Part shown: piece after piece, positions 14,050-26,167 of the stretch | Layout of the letters: each line of letters starts with the position of its first letter | Numbering within the stretch: the first letter of the stretch is position 1 | DNA from: Octopus sinensis | Lineage: Eukaryota | Direction: 5' to 3' | Length of the DNA: 64,000 nucleotides | Assembly (NCBI RefSeq): GCF_006345805.1 | Contig: NC_043008.1 | Span: forward strand, 41,292,001 to 41,356,000 | Program-made: the position numbers and the translations under genes | The notes under the pieces: model-generated | What the model was told of the DNA's origin: nothing | Seen by the model: only the letters and a program-made list of their open reading frames with translations | Database searches by the model: none

Positions 14050-14650
14050 TGTTATTAGAATGAAAGATAAGCGATTGCCAAAGCTTTTTTTTTTTTTTTT
14101 GCGGTGTGCTCAACTCTGATAAGCGACCAGAAAATAAGTCGAGAAAAAAGTATAAAGACAGTGTGAAGGAAAACCTGAAGAAACTAGATATGAAGAAAAG
14201 TGATTGGAAAATTGATGTTCTGTGTCGGAATCAGTAGAGAACTCCAGTCGCAAAGTAGCAATTGGAAATGAAATCAACAGTGAACATTGGATTTGTATTA
14301 TTTGTGATCGTGTTCTGTTGTCAAAAGCAGGATACGTGAATCATATCAAGTCGCATGAAAATTGTAATGCCCAGGTAGGTAAAAAATCTTGAACAGCAAC
14401 TGCTTCCTATAACTTGTGTCATATGTCAGAAAACTTGTAAGAAAATATCTGGACTTAAAAGACATATCTTAGTTCACAAAACATTCCCCACGAATCAGAT
14501 TGCAAAAGGCAAAGGTGTAGAAGAAATTTGAATAGATTCTTTCACTTGTGCTTTAAACCCTGTCCTTCAGCAGGTAATCGTAAAGGTCATCTGAGGTCTC
14601 ATCAGCGGAAAGATTATAGTGTATGATGGGGTGTGGTCTGTGTGACCAAG
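14047..14650 (+). mobile_element. RTE-clade LINE 3' remnant with C2H2 zinc fingers
   Basis: VIRMKDKRLPK..KYKDSVKENLKKL (RTE C-terminal motif), CIICDRVLLSKAGYVNHIKSH and CVICQKTCKKISGLKRHILVH. Confidence 0.8.
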
Positions 14651-14799
14651 GGACAGCTATCATCTGTCACGATGAAGGAATCATATATATGTCTGTTAAT
14701 ATATATATATATGTGTGTGTGTGTATGTGTGTGTATGTATGTTATATATAGATAGATAAAGAAATGAAGTTAAACGCAGATGTTATTCAAATCCTTATA

Positions 14800-14887
14800 C
14801 TTCCGAGATATATTTCGAGGAAAACATTCGTATAATTCCAGATGGAATAACATGATGTAAAACAATGCGATCTTCTCGTCAGGGAAA
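14800..14887 (-). ncRNA. Second, partly degenerate hammerhead copy (inverted partner)
   Basis: Reverse complement: ttcc-CTGACGA-gaaga...tcctc-GAAA-tatatc-TC-ggaag; one stem II mismatch, palindrome degraded. Confidence 0.55.
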
Positions 14888-14978
14888 AGAAGAGAAACAA
14901 TATCAAGTAGAAAACCAATTCATCTATCACACTTAATTTCTCTACTCTTGGTTTTCTGCTTGATGTTGTTTCTGTTTT

Positions 14979-15066
14979 CTTCCCTGATGAGAAGATCACA
15001 TTGTTTTACATCATTTTATTCCCTCTGGAATAATTCTAATGTTTTCTTCGAAACATATGTCGGAAG
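14979..15066 (+). ncRNA. Type I hammerhead ribozyme motif with palindromic stem III
   Basis: Stem I CTTCC(14979-83)/GGAAG(15062-66); core CTGATGA(14984-90); stem II GAAGA/TCTTC plus inner TTATTCC/GGAATAA hairpin; GAAA(15050-53); palindrome ACATATGT; GUC cleavage triplet ending 15061. Confidence 0.75.
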
Positions 15067-15304
15067 TATTAAGGTTTGACTAACACTTAAGTTTAACTCC
15101 ATTTATTTATTTATGTTGTACAAAAACATTTCACTAAACCCTTGAATTACTACCTTTTAAGTCGGCTGTAACAACTTTGGTATTTATATGACTTTTTTGC
15201 TACCCTGGTAACTACATTTTCATTTATTTTTTCGGTGTTATTTTACACATTGAAAAAATACACACACACACACATATATATGTACATATATATATAAAAA
15301 AGGT

Positions 15305-15639
15305 TAAAGACCCCCTTCGGTCATGAGTGACCATGGGTTTGCACCTAGAGAGTTACCCTCTGAGGCACAAGTCTGGGCAAGGTTGTTTTATGGAAGACCA
15401 GTAGTCGCCCATGCATACCGGCCTCCCCTCTCCACGCCACCAGTGTTATCCAAGGGAAAGACAAAGGTCGATACAGCTTGGCACCTGTGACGTCGCAACT
15501 CATTTCTACAGCTGAGTGAACTGGAGCAACGTGAAATAAAGTGTCTTGCTCAAGAACACAACACGCAGCCCGGTCCGGGATTCGAGCTCACAACCTCACG
15601 ATCGTAAGCTCGACGCTCTAACCACTGAGCCATGCGCCT
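15305..15639 (-). mobile_element. OR1-like tRNA-derived SINE, full length
   Basis: Reverse complement head AGGCGCATGGCTCAGTGGTTAGAGCG, B box GAGCTCGAATCCC, CORE/V-like TTCTTGAGCAAGACACTT; near-identical to 25841-26167. Confidence 0.92.
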
Positions 15640-15784
15640 TCGCATATATATATAATGTTATAAAACATATACATGCATGTGTATATATACACAATTATAC
15701 ATATAATATATATACATTTATATACATACATATAAATATATACGTACATATATGTATGTACATATATATATATATATGCTTTAC

Positions 15785-15841
15785 TTAGAACGTAAAACGT
15801 TTCGCCCGGCGTGCTAAAGTTTCTGCCAGCTCACCGCCTTC
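15785..15841 (-). mobile_element. OK-like SINE head fragment
   Basis: Reverse complement AGGCGGTGAGCTGGCAGAAACTTTAGCACGCCGGGCGAAA. Confidence 0.75.
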
Positions 15842-15904
15842 TAAACGCCAGGCTATTAACAGACAACCTACCAAATCATTTAACAATTTCTAAAGAATTG
15901 CGAT

Positions 15905-16150
15905 TGTTAGTTCGATTTCTGGACCGAGCTGTGTAGTGTGTTCCTGATCAAGGCATTTTATTTTACGTTGATCCAGTTCACTCAGATCTAGAAATGAGAT
16001 GTGACGCCAGTGGTGCAAAGTAGTTTTATCTTGCTTTGGACAACGTTGGTGGTGTGGAAAGGGGTGAATGGCATGCATGGGGGACTGCTGGTCTTCCACA
16101 AAACAACCTTACCCGGACTCGTAGGGGAACTTCCTAGATGCAAACTCATG
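15905..16150 (+). mobile_element. OR1-like SINE, old diverged copy
   Basis: Homologous to 25841 copy (CCAGTTCACTCAG, GCATGCATGGG.GACTGCTGGTCTTCCA.AAAACAACCTT). Confidence 0.8.
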
Positions 16151-16427
16151 ACTTGTGTGTATGTCTGTGTCTTTGTGTGTGTGTATGCATTGTGTGGGCG
16201 CGCATGCGTGTGTTCCCACTTGATCAGTGGGACTGGAAGTACATAAAGCTACGCATATCATGATGTAAATATGGAACTGTAAAAGAGAGAGGTAATGAAA
16301 TACGGAATAGCATTCTCTTTTATTTGTAGCTTTACCTACTTCGACTTTCACAGTTAAAAATACAATTATTTCAAGTCTCTCAAGGTTTGCATTTCCTTAT
16401 GACGTAAATGCACACACACAAACACAA

Positions 16428-16428
<1 letters not shown>

Positions 16429-16483
<55 letters not shown>

Positions 16484-16495
16484 GTAGATAGATAA

Positions 16496-16551
<56 letters not shown>

Positions 16552-16566
16552 GTAGATAGATAGATA
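16429..16566. repeat. (GATA)n microsatellite
   Basis: Direct reading. Confidence 0.95.
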
Positions 16567-16597
16567 ATTACGTACACAATACATTTTGTATCATTAT

Positions 16598-16826
16598 TGT
16601 GAGCTGGTAGAAACGTTAGCACGACGGTCGAAATTCTTAGCGGCATTTCGTCTGCCGTTACGTTCTGAGTTCGAATTCCGCCGAGGTCGACTTTACCTTT
16701 CATCCTTTCGGGGTCGATAAATTAAGTACCAGTTACACACTGGGGTCGATATGATCGACTTAATCCCTTTGTCTGTCCTTGTTTGTCCCCTCTATGTTTA
16801 GCCCCCTAGTGAGCAATAAAGAAATT
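16598..16826 (+). mobile_element. OK-like SINE, full length
   Basis: GTGAGCTGGTAGAAACGTTAGC, GAGTTCGAATTCC, core CCTTTCATCCTTTCGGGGTCGATAAATTAAGTACCAG, tail TTTAGCCCC...AATAAAGAAAT. Confidence 0.92.
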
Positions 16827-17646
16827 TAAAAATTATTACTGTAATTCCTGTGTTTTAATTGCATAAACTGACATTTGATGAGGTGTCAGTTTGTTTATTT
16901 CATACAGGCATTCCACTTACCCCTTTCTTTTCTCTTTGTTATCAACACACCCGTAGATCGCACCGTAACCATTCCACCTTGGTAAAATTACAGTTATCAC
17001 GATAATATCGACTTTTGATTAAATGTATAAAAGTTTAAGTGTAACCCTTCATCTGTTTTTATTTTACTTTAGTGCGTGAGTATGTATATGTGTGTATATA
17101 TGTGTGCATAAGTGTGTGTGGTGTGTGTGTGTGTGGTGTGTGTGTGTGTGTGTGTGTGTGTGAGTTAGTGAATTAGAGAGAGTGGGTGTGTTCGTTGAGT
17201 TTCACCCTTTTTTAATGTTTCTTCTGAGATTCTCTGTATTTGAAAGACAACGAAATAATATTCAAAACAAAACAGGAAAACGATGTAAAAACAGGAAATA
17301 TTCACTAAATATAATGAAGAAATAGAAGAGAATATAATATATAAATAAAAGAATGTATGATAATAAAGAGTCAAAAGAAAACTATCTACTTCCTGAGTAT
17401 TTTTTCTCTTCTCTCAAACTGTCCTGAAATAATACAGGCTTTCTTTTTTTTTTCTTTCAAATTTGCATATCTATTTCTTTCGCTTTGTTCACTGTTTATA
17501 CGCGTATATATGTCCATGTGTTAGTGGAAATATATATGTGTGTATATGTGTGCATGTGTGTGTGTGTGAATGTGCGTGTTTAATGTTATTTGTATACATA
17601 TATGTATGAATATATGTATGCATAGAGAAGTATGTACATGTATACA

Positions 17647-17687
<41 letters not shown>

Positions 17688-17798
17688 ACATATATACATA
17701 TATGTATATATATATATATATATATGTACATATGTATACATATATACATATATGTATATATATATATAATATATATATAATATATATATATATATTAG

Positions 17799-17871
<73 letters not shown>

Positions 17872-19037
17872 CGTGTGTATATGCATCAATGAATACGTGT
17901 AAATGTGTATTTCTGCCTTATCGGAATATCAGTAAATGAAAGCTATTTTTGAAACGTATCATGAAAGGTTGATCGGCTTAGACAACGACACATCAAAAAT
18001 CATAAACAAGTTAAAAATATTCAGAAAAGCTTAAAAGAAAATACGTGTGAAAATGAAAGAAATTACAAAGAATATTAAGATAAAGTAGGAAAAATATATC
18101 GAGAGAAATTTAAAACAAACAGACACATATAGACCGAAATATACACGCATGTACACATACTATCAAAAAAGACTAAAAGAAAGAAATTTAAATTTGAAAT
18201 CAATATTCAGAATAGATATTTTTTTCCCTGGTTGCATATGTTTGGGTGCAAGATTCATGAATGCTGTTTCTCTGAAAACAGAAGCAAGGAAAAGAAAGAA
18301 AATATAACGTAAGTGTTGGTTTAGTTTTCAATGTGTAAATTCACGCATAAATGAAGAATTTCAAAACAATACATCATATCTTTGTTTAGAGTAGAAAAAA
18401 TACAGAAAGGTATAGCAAAATATTTTCTTCTTTCTCTGAAGAATATCGATTTCTTTACATTGGAGCATAGCCAGAAATATGTAGGGGAAATGTAGAGTCG
18501 ATTAGATTGATCTCTATACATAACTGGTATTTATTTTATCGCCCACAAATTGTAGACATGTATAATACACATCGCTGCTATTTGAACTCGGCAACTGGAA
18601 AATATAAGATGCAGTTTTAAAAATTAGTGGCTCTATTGCGTTTCATTTACACTGAATTCAATGCGTTCTATCTGAGCGAGATATTGATTTTGTCTTCGAC
18701 AGAATTTTGTACTCGACTTAATCGATTATTTCTTCTGACTGGTGTTTATCTATGTGAACCTACATGTACGCCTACATTCACACACACACACGTACACATC
18801 TATACGTATATATATATATACGTTTATAGGTGTATGAATGTGTATGTATGTATGCATGTATGCATGCATATATGTACGTGCATATACATATACGAATATG
18901 CATATGTTTCAAACTACATCGCGCATGATGCAAATGTTTTAAAGGTTCTTAAGTTACAATACTCAGCAGTTTCCTCATTCATTATGACAAAGTTGAGGAC
19001 AAGTGTAGCTGCAGTGTTTTTCACTTCCCATCTTCCG

Positions 19038-19092
<55 letters not shown>

Positions 19093-19400
19093 CGAGAGAG
19101 AGAGAGAGTATTTCTTTATTCACCATAAGGTTGAGAAAAAGAGGGGACAAAACAAACGTTGGGGTCAGGGTATCGAATGAGACGAAACATGAATAAACAA
19201 ACAATTAAAATATATACAATTAAATGAGAACAAGTGATTAACAAAAAATGAAGCGGAGGACGTAGTTGACGCCACAAACCACATACTCACACTGAAGACT
19301 TTGCTTTCTCCTTTTCTACATTCCCGATTAAACAGGTTCTTTCACTCGCAACATACTTGCTATAGACTTCCATCTTTTACGAAACACACTTTGCGACAGG

Positions 19401-19451
<51 letters not shown>

Positions 19452-19699
19452 GACAGAATGTGACAGAGAGATGACGTTGGATATCTTTCAGGGAAGAAAA
19501 AAGAAAACACTAAACTTGGCTTCCAAGGTGAAGGCAGTAAAAGCTACCCGACATTTAAATATAACAGTATACAAACTCTATCTACGTATGCTGGCTATCA
19601 ATATCAGTTCCTTGTGTGTTCTCGAGTACATTAGGCCAAGATGATACCACCAGTTTTTGTTGGTTGCAGCTTTCTTTGCCTCCGTACTATGTATTGTTG

Positions 19700-20860
19700 G
19701 CAACACTCTTGTATAATGCAGCAACCAATGTTAGGTCAACACCGAACACATTTTATTTGGATATAGAATACGATTAATTATATCGGCCATGAATGTTCTG
19801 CGCCTTGTAGCTTTGGATCTTTCTCAGATTCTTTCAAACCTGCGAGGTGTCCATTTAAAAGCGGTTTTAGAATCGATTTATTCTGCTAACAGAAGTATTT
19901 AACATGCTAATTTTAACGTTCTTTCCCTAATGATTTCGCTGAGAAAACGTGTGTTTGTTCTTTTCAGAATGTTCGCATTTGTTATGCGGTCGTACAAGTA
20001 CATTCTTGACATCCTTGTCAAGAACATTTGATAGAACACATCAATATTTGTGTTTATTTTTCCCGATATTCTTCAAAGTCTCACTGATAGCAGTGAACTG
20101 TCTACAGTGTAGTCTAGAAATGAACCTAGATCCAGCTAATGATATATTTAGCGAAACGTAGGAGGGATCAATAAACACACAACCAATCAAGAACTGAAGA
20201 TCTCAGGTTCCTCTATAATCAAAGCAAATATGAATAGTGTTGGAAGGAAAGCACTGACCACCGTCTACAGGCTTGCTTTCAGCAATTCAAACTGTTTCTT
20301 GATAAAACAGAGCTACATAACACCAAACGTGACAACTATTCTTTTACCAATTACAAATTATCGGACCGAGGAAGATTGGTTTACTCAACATAGAAAATGT
20401 TCAAAATGCCTTAACAGATCCAAAAATCAAATAGAATGGCAACGTCAGGAAATAATCCGGTTTGTATCTGGGAAACTTTAGTCTTTCGCAGAAAACGTTT
20501 GGATATTTTAAAGATATATATATATATATATAAGAAAGACACCAACAGCTTTCATAATGTTTTCAAATATTCCACTCACAGAGAAATGTGATCATTATCT
20601 TCAGAGGAATTTCTAGTCATCACTACTAGCTTAGCAATTCAGCATATATGAAAGTAGCAGAGCTCAATCTTCAGAAAGAATTCGGAAAGTAATTCGGCTT
20701 GTAGAGAAATTACTCTCCTCTCACATCTTATTTCAGGCCTCATTCTTTCAGATCCTGAAATAAGGTGTCAAGGATGCCAGTCTTCCTTCACTAAACAGTT
20801 AAATGAATAACACAACACGGCTTAAAGTATAGAAATTTTCCTTCAAAATTTTAGTTCTAA
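19700..20860 (-). mobile_element. Decayed RTE-clade LINE reverse transcriptase
   Basis: Minus-strand fragments FYLIFGSVKAF (cf. FIDFxKAFD), SAFLPTLFIFA, NIDVFYQMFL..DRITNANILKRTNTRFLSEIIRERTLKLA..KTAFKWTP..ATRRRTF; many stops. Confidence 0.75.
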
Positions 20861-21233
20861 ATTCCCGCTTATAGTAAATGAAACGTTTATAGTTTGCATA
20901 ATTGTGTTTCGATGTACTCAACCACAGCCGACAAGTGATTAAATGTAGTTATAAATTGTTCGGGTCAAGTTATTCAGAAAATCTTTTCAAGGGTCATCTT
21001 ACCTTCCCTCATACCCATCGATGTATTTATTTCATCATTTATTGTGTCTTGTTTCTCTACGACATTATTTCTATTATGCTGTTTTCAATTCAAAAGCGCG
21101 TTCGCTTCTGCGTATTACATATGTGTGTGTTTTTGTGTGTGTGTGTGTATGAGTGCGCGCACGAGTGTACATATGTATGTAGGTCTGTAAGCACGTATGT
21201 ATAGAAATATTTGTGTACATGCATGTTTATTTA

Positions 21234-21406
21234 CATTATTTACAATTGGCGGATATTTGACCTCATTTTGTTTGTTGTTAACACAACGTTTCGGCTGATA
21301 CACCCTCCAGCCTTCATCAGGTGTCTTGGTGAAATTTCGAACCTGGTTTCTCATTTCTAAGGTATCATTATTATTGTTATTGTTATTGTTGTTGTTGTTG
21401 TTGTTG

Positions 21407-21476
<70 letters not shown>

Positions 21477-21496
21477 TACTATTATTATTATTATTA

Positions 21497-21537
<41 letters not shown>

Positions 21538-21609
21538 TCACTGCTTGGAATCGAAATCGGAATCAGTTGTACATAATGTACATAATACCTCATTTCGTCT
21601 ATATAGAAC
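21234..21609 (-). mobile_element. Hammerhead-containing short retroposon (tRNA B-box fragment + (AAT)n + HHR) with 14-bp TSD and internal inversion
   Basis: Exact direct repeat TGCATGTTTATTTA at 21220-21233 and 21610-21623; minus strand reads TTTCGATTCC (B-box-like) then (AAT)n then HHR; 13/14 inverted match 21232-21245 vs 21567-21580. Confidence 0.65.
21280..21325 (-). ncRNA. Minimal type I hammerhead ribozyme motif (dimer type)
   Basis: Reverse complement GACAC-CTGATGA-A-GGCTG(loop)CAGCC-GAAA-CG-TT-GTGTT; palindrome AACGTT; predicted GUU cleavage between 21285 and 21284. Confidence 0.7.
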
Positions 21610-21649
21610 TGCATGTTTATTTATATACATATACGCACATATACAAATA

Positions 21650-21736
21650 GATAGATAGAAAGACAGACAGACAGACAGACAGACAAACAGTCAGTCAGAC
21701 AGACAGACAGACAAACAGTCAGTCAGACAGACAGTC

Positions 21737-21807
<71 letters not shown>

Positions 21808-21808
21808 C
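21650..21808. repeat. Compound (GACA)n/(GATA)n microsatellite
   Basis: Direct reading. Confidence 0.93.
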
Positions 21809-22534
21809 GCGTACATAAATAATTTTCCTTATGGGTAAATATAAATACAAACTCGTATATATGTTTGTGTGATTGAAGTATGAAAACTCTTGTCGTACAC
21901 TCTCATGCAAGATTCTATTTGTTACTTCGTTTTTGTTCCCTTGGCAGCCTCCTCAGTGGCCTTATTTACAGATAATGCAGCTCTAGTAAAGTGGACTACC
22001 TAAACCTAGAATAGAATGCAACGTGCCGGAGGATATAATACAAGTCATCTTACCTGATATTCTAATATTCTAATATTTCAGCTGCACCTTTACTCTGGTT
22101 ACGTCATTTATTGATCGTTTGTGAGTAGACAAGTGGCAAGAGAATTGAACTGTGAACGCAAAAAGCCGGATTATAAACTACAATGTATTCTATCCATCGT
22201 TCTAAAGACTTTCTCAATAGTTTCCACACAATTATTTCTTCAGGCAATGGTACTAATCCGCCTCTCTGCTTTTGATTCGTGATATGACAACGAAAACAAA
22301 AACTTCAAATAATTATCTTAATATCCACGGCGCGTCTCCGTTATCAATGGAACGTGTTATTTTTTTTTTCTGTATTCTCTTTTATACCAAAATTTACATT
22401 TAGGAAATTATATGCTGGCGTATCATTGTCTATGTTTTCGCTTATCTCGTCTAGTGTATGCTTACTTGTGATTCATCTTTGCTGTATATATTTGAAAGAA
22501 GTCATAACTGATATTTGATAAAAGAAAACAAAAA

Positions 22535-22562
22535 ATGGCAGCAGATAAAAATATAATCCACG
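22535..22562 (+). CDS. Candidate first coding exon MAADKNIIH(G), phase-1 donor
   Basis: AAAATGG initiation context followed by ACG|GTGAGT consensus donor; no downstream exon identified, no homology recognised. Confidence 0.25.
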
Positions 22563-23512
22563 GTGAGTGCTGCTTGTCTGCGTCTGTTAAAAGTGTTTCC
22601 ATTGATATGAAAGTAAAATTATTTAAGTCGATATGCCACTTTGAATGAAAATCACAAACGTTTCGGAGACAAGTCCATTATCGAAGATAAACTAAAATAT
22701 TAGTCGAACCAGAATAGGAAATAGAGCGAAAAGGAAGGGAACAGAAACTTATGTAGTGTAGATGTCATTAAATTGTCTTTGTGTAGTAAGGATTCGGCTG
22801 GAGATGAAAAAAGAGAGGAAGAGAGAGAGAGAGAGAGAGAGAGATCAACAAAGAGGATGAGAGAAAGTTGTTCTGCATATAAACAGAAAGAATATTTAAC
22901 AGGGAGATGTGGAGAGATAAAAAATGGTAGCTGCAATAAAAAAGAAAACCAATACAGCAAGGACTATGCCGTTTCAATTTGGAAAGAAGTTGAAAATGGG
23001 AAATTAATCTATACAGGAATCATTCAGAAGAACAATATATAAAATAGTCTGAGAGTCAGTAAGAAAAAATAATATTGATGTGAAGATGTAGAGCAAATGA
23101 ATTAAAAATCACAGGATTTATATACAATCTCATACGTACAAATATCAGAGTTGCGGTTGCACAGAGAAGTAAATTCATGTACGTGTGAGACTGAATTTAA
23201 CCATTGAAAATGAAAACTGTTTCTATGCCTAGGAGGATGGAATTAGAAATAGCATGATGAGTTAATGTAACAGGAGTTCACGCAGCTCTGTTAGTATGTC
23301 TTAAATGCGTAATGGAAAATCTGCGCAATTCGAAAGACGTAAACAAAATTTTGAGCAACCACAGGGCCATAAAGAATCGATTTCTGCATGTCCCCACAGG
23401 CTATGATATCTACGTTGAAAATTCACTGGTACTGCATGTATATATTGAAATGCATATACACGCCTGCAGACACACATACAGACACGCTCATAGACACATA
23501 TGTACATACATG

Positions 23513-23564
<52 letters not shown>

Positions 23565-23846
23565 ATTAATTAATTTACGAAGGTGTCATTAATTCTATTA
23601 TTATCCAATGTAACTATTTTTAAAATGATAATAACAGAATCAATGACACAGGTGATAGCAGGCCAAAACATAGCATTAAATAGCCGAGGGATTAAAATTA
23701 ATAACAGTCAAAACTCTTATTTAATCGATTAAATACGAGATTTGACTGTTATTTCAAGCAGGTAGACATACTTAGTATGTCCTCTGATTAATTATATATA
23801 TATATATATATATATACGTATGTATGTATATATATCTGCGTGAATG

Positions 23847-23917
<71 letters not shown>

Positions 23918-23996
23918 GTGTGTGTGTGTGTGTGCGTTTGTGATAAAAGCATTCCTACGTCTGTGGCTCTTTAAAATTTACCGAAATAAGACTTAC

Positions 23997-24065
23997 CTGA
24001 CAAATCTCCGAAATCAATGACAGATATTTGAAACTCATTCTCAAAAATCAGGTTAGTAACACAGA
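23997..24065 (-). CDS. Candidate 69-nt symmetric (phase 1-1) internal exon, xCVTNLIFENEFQISVIDFGDLSx
   Basis: TATTTTGTCGCCAG| acceptor, CAG|GTAAGT donor, one open frame; no homology recognised. Confidence 0.2.
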
Positions 24066-24539
24066 CTGGCGACAAAATACCAAGCGAATAGTGTTTTTCA
24101 TAGAAATTTAATCATCTTCTTTCTTTTATCATCTCATCTTCGTATCAACAAATTGTTCTAGCGATAACCTGATTTACGTTTCAATTACTTTTGCATTTAT
24201 TGTTGTGCTTTATTTTTAACTGACAAAAAATTTTCTAATTTAATTTCATTGTCGTTTCCTTTAATTACTCGGTGGAAACTAAGACAAACGCTGTTGGTCC
24301 GGATTATTCCTTTCAGTGTGACGAATTGTCACGTCTGATTCAATGAATTAAATTTGACTCGTACAAGTGACTTCCTGTCACGTTTCAAATAATTATTCAA
24401 ATGTATACGCATCTATTGCACACAGATGTATATACATTCATATATACATAACATACCTACATACACGCTCACATATTTATCTAAATGCATTACATATATA
24501 TGTAGATGTGCGTTCGTGTGTGTGCACGCATACATGCAT

Positions 24540-25060
24540 GTAGGCTTCTATACGTGTGCATATAGTATACATACCTCCATGTGCTCTTATGAATAAATAC
24601 GTGTATATATATCATCTGTGCATATTTATATATATATATGTGTGGGTGTGCGTGTGTGTGTGTGTATGTGTGTGCGTGTGTGTGCATGCATACGTAAACG
24701 TAAGCATTTATAAGTGTGCATATTGTATACATACCTCCATGTGCACTTATGTTTAAATACGTGTATATATCATCCGTGCATATGTATATACATATATGTG
24801 TGGGTGTGTGTGTGCATGAGTGCGTGTGTGTGTCTGGGCGCGTGTGTGTATGTGTGTATGTGTGTATGTTGTGCGTGTGTATTCATGCATAAGTAAATGT
24901 AAGCATGCATACGTGTGCATATAGCATACATACGTCCATGTGCACTTATGATTAAATACGTGCACATATCATCTGAGCATATGTATATATATATATATTT
25001 GTGTGTGTGTGTGTGTGTGTGTTCGTGTGTGTGTGTGTTTATGCGTGTGTGTGCGCGTGT
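24540..25060. repeat. Three tandem ~180-bp units with internal variable (TG)n
   Basis: Recurring TGTGCATAT..ATACATAC.TCCATGTGC.CTTATG..TAAATACGTG at ~24555, ~24715, ~24915. Confidence 0.85.
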
Positions 25061-25712
25061 GTGTGAGTGTGTAAAATTTGAATATTTTGATTTTTCATCT
25101 GCGAAGAATTTTCAGAAAAGCAACACACCATGTATTTCTGGGGACTAAATATCGAATAAGTAAATTCAAATTTATTATAAAATTTAATTTTCTCAGCACT
25201 TCAAGATACACTCGAGTCTTTAAACAGCCGTTGACGATAAATGTCTTCTTTGTAATTTAAATATCAAGATAAAATAGCAAAAGGAAACAGTTTAAAGTGC
25301 TAAATTACAACTCTAGTTATAATTCTTTTAGTATCACAAATTCGAACATGTTATATAATTTAAGACTAAATCTTTTATAATTATACTTAAGATTTCATGA
25401 ATGGAATGCAAATAGGTAAAGAAATAAAATATAATTTTCCGTAAGGGAAAATCATGGAACGGTCAAATTAAGTACTTACATCGCAGTGAATTGTTTCTAT
25501 TTAAATCATTAGTGCCAAACAGAAAAATATAGAACTGGCAATTTGTATGTTCCATTCATTCGAAGTACGTTAGTGTAAGTATTCATAAGTGTCTATTTCC
25601 ATTTTCATAATTTTTTTTGTAATCAGGTGTATGAGAGCGTGGGCATTCTTATGTTAACGATACAAATATTCACTTCAAACATCACTATATTTGGTACAAT
25701 CCATCGATATAT

Positions 25713-25814
<102 letters not shown>

Positions 25815-25840
25815 TATATGTATATATATATGTATTATAT

Positions 25841-26167
25841 ATGGTTCAGTGGTTAGAGCGTCGAGCTTACGATCGTGAGGTTGTGAGCTCGAATCCCGGA
25901 CCGGGATGCGTGTTGTGTTCTTGAGCAAGACACTTTATTTCACGTTGCTCCAGTTCACTCAGCTGTAGAAATGAGTTGCGACGTCACAGGTGCCAAGCTG
26001 TATCGACCTTTGTCTTTCCTTGGATAACACTGGTGGCGTGGAGAGGGGAGGCTGGTATGCATGGGCGACTACTGGTCTTCCATAAAACAACCTTGCCCAG
26101 ACTTGTGCCTCAGAGGGTAACTCTCTAGGTGCAAACCCATGGTCACTCATGACCGAAGGGGGTCTTT
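25841..26167 (+). mobile_element. OR1-like SINE (about 6 nt 5'-truncated), near-identical to 15305-15639
   Basis: By-eye alignment shows 3 substitutions and 1 indel over ~325 bp. Confidence 0.92.

Larger units (their letters stand above)
14787..15079. repeat. Imperfect inverted repeat, ~130-bp arms (14787-14918 / 14948-15079), 29-nt spacer
   Basis: Arms align by eye at roughly 85% identity; each arm contains a hammerhead motif. Confidence 0.9.

Noticed and set aside
15305-15639. tRNA genes suggested by A/B boxes in SINE heads
   Set aside because: No acceptor-stem closure; each continues into a SINE body shared by multiple copies
22650-22690. HHR-like TGGA..TCC-GAAACGTT on minus
   Set aside because: Core reads TCGATAA and stem I does not pair; at best a dead relic
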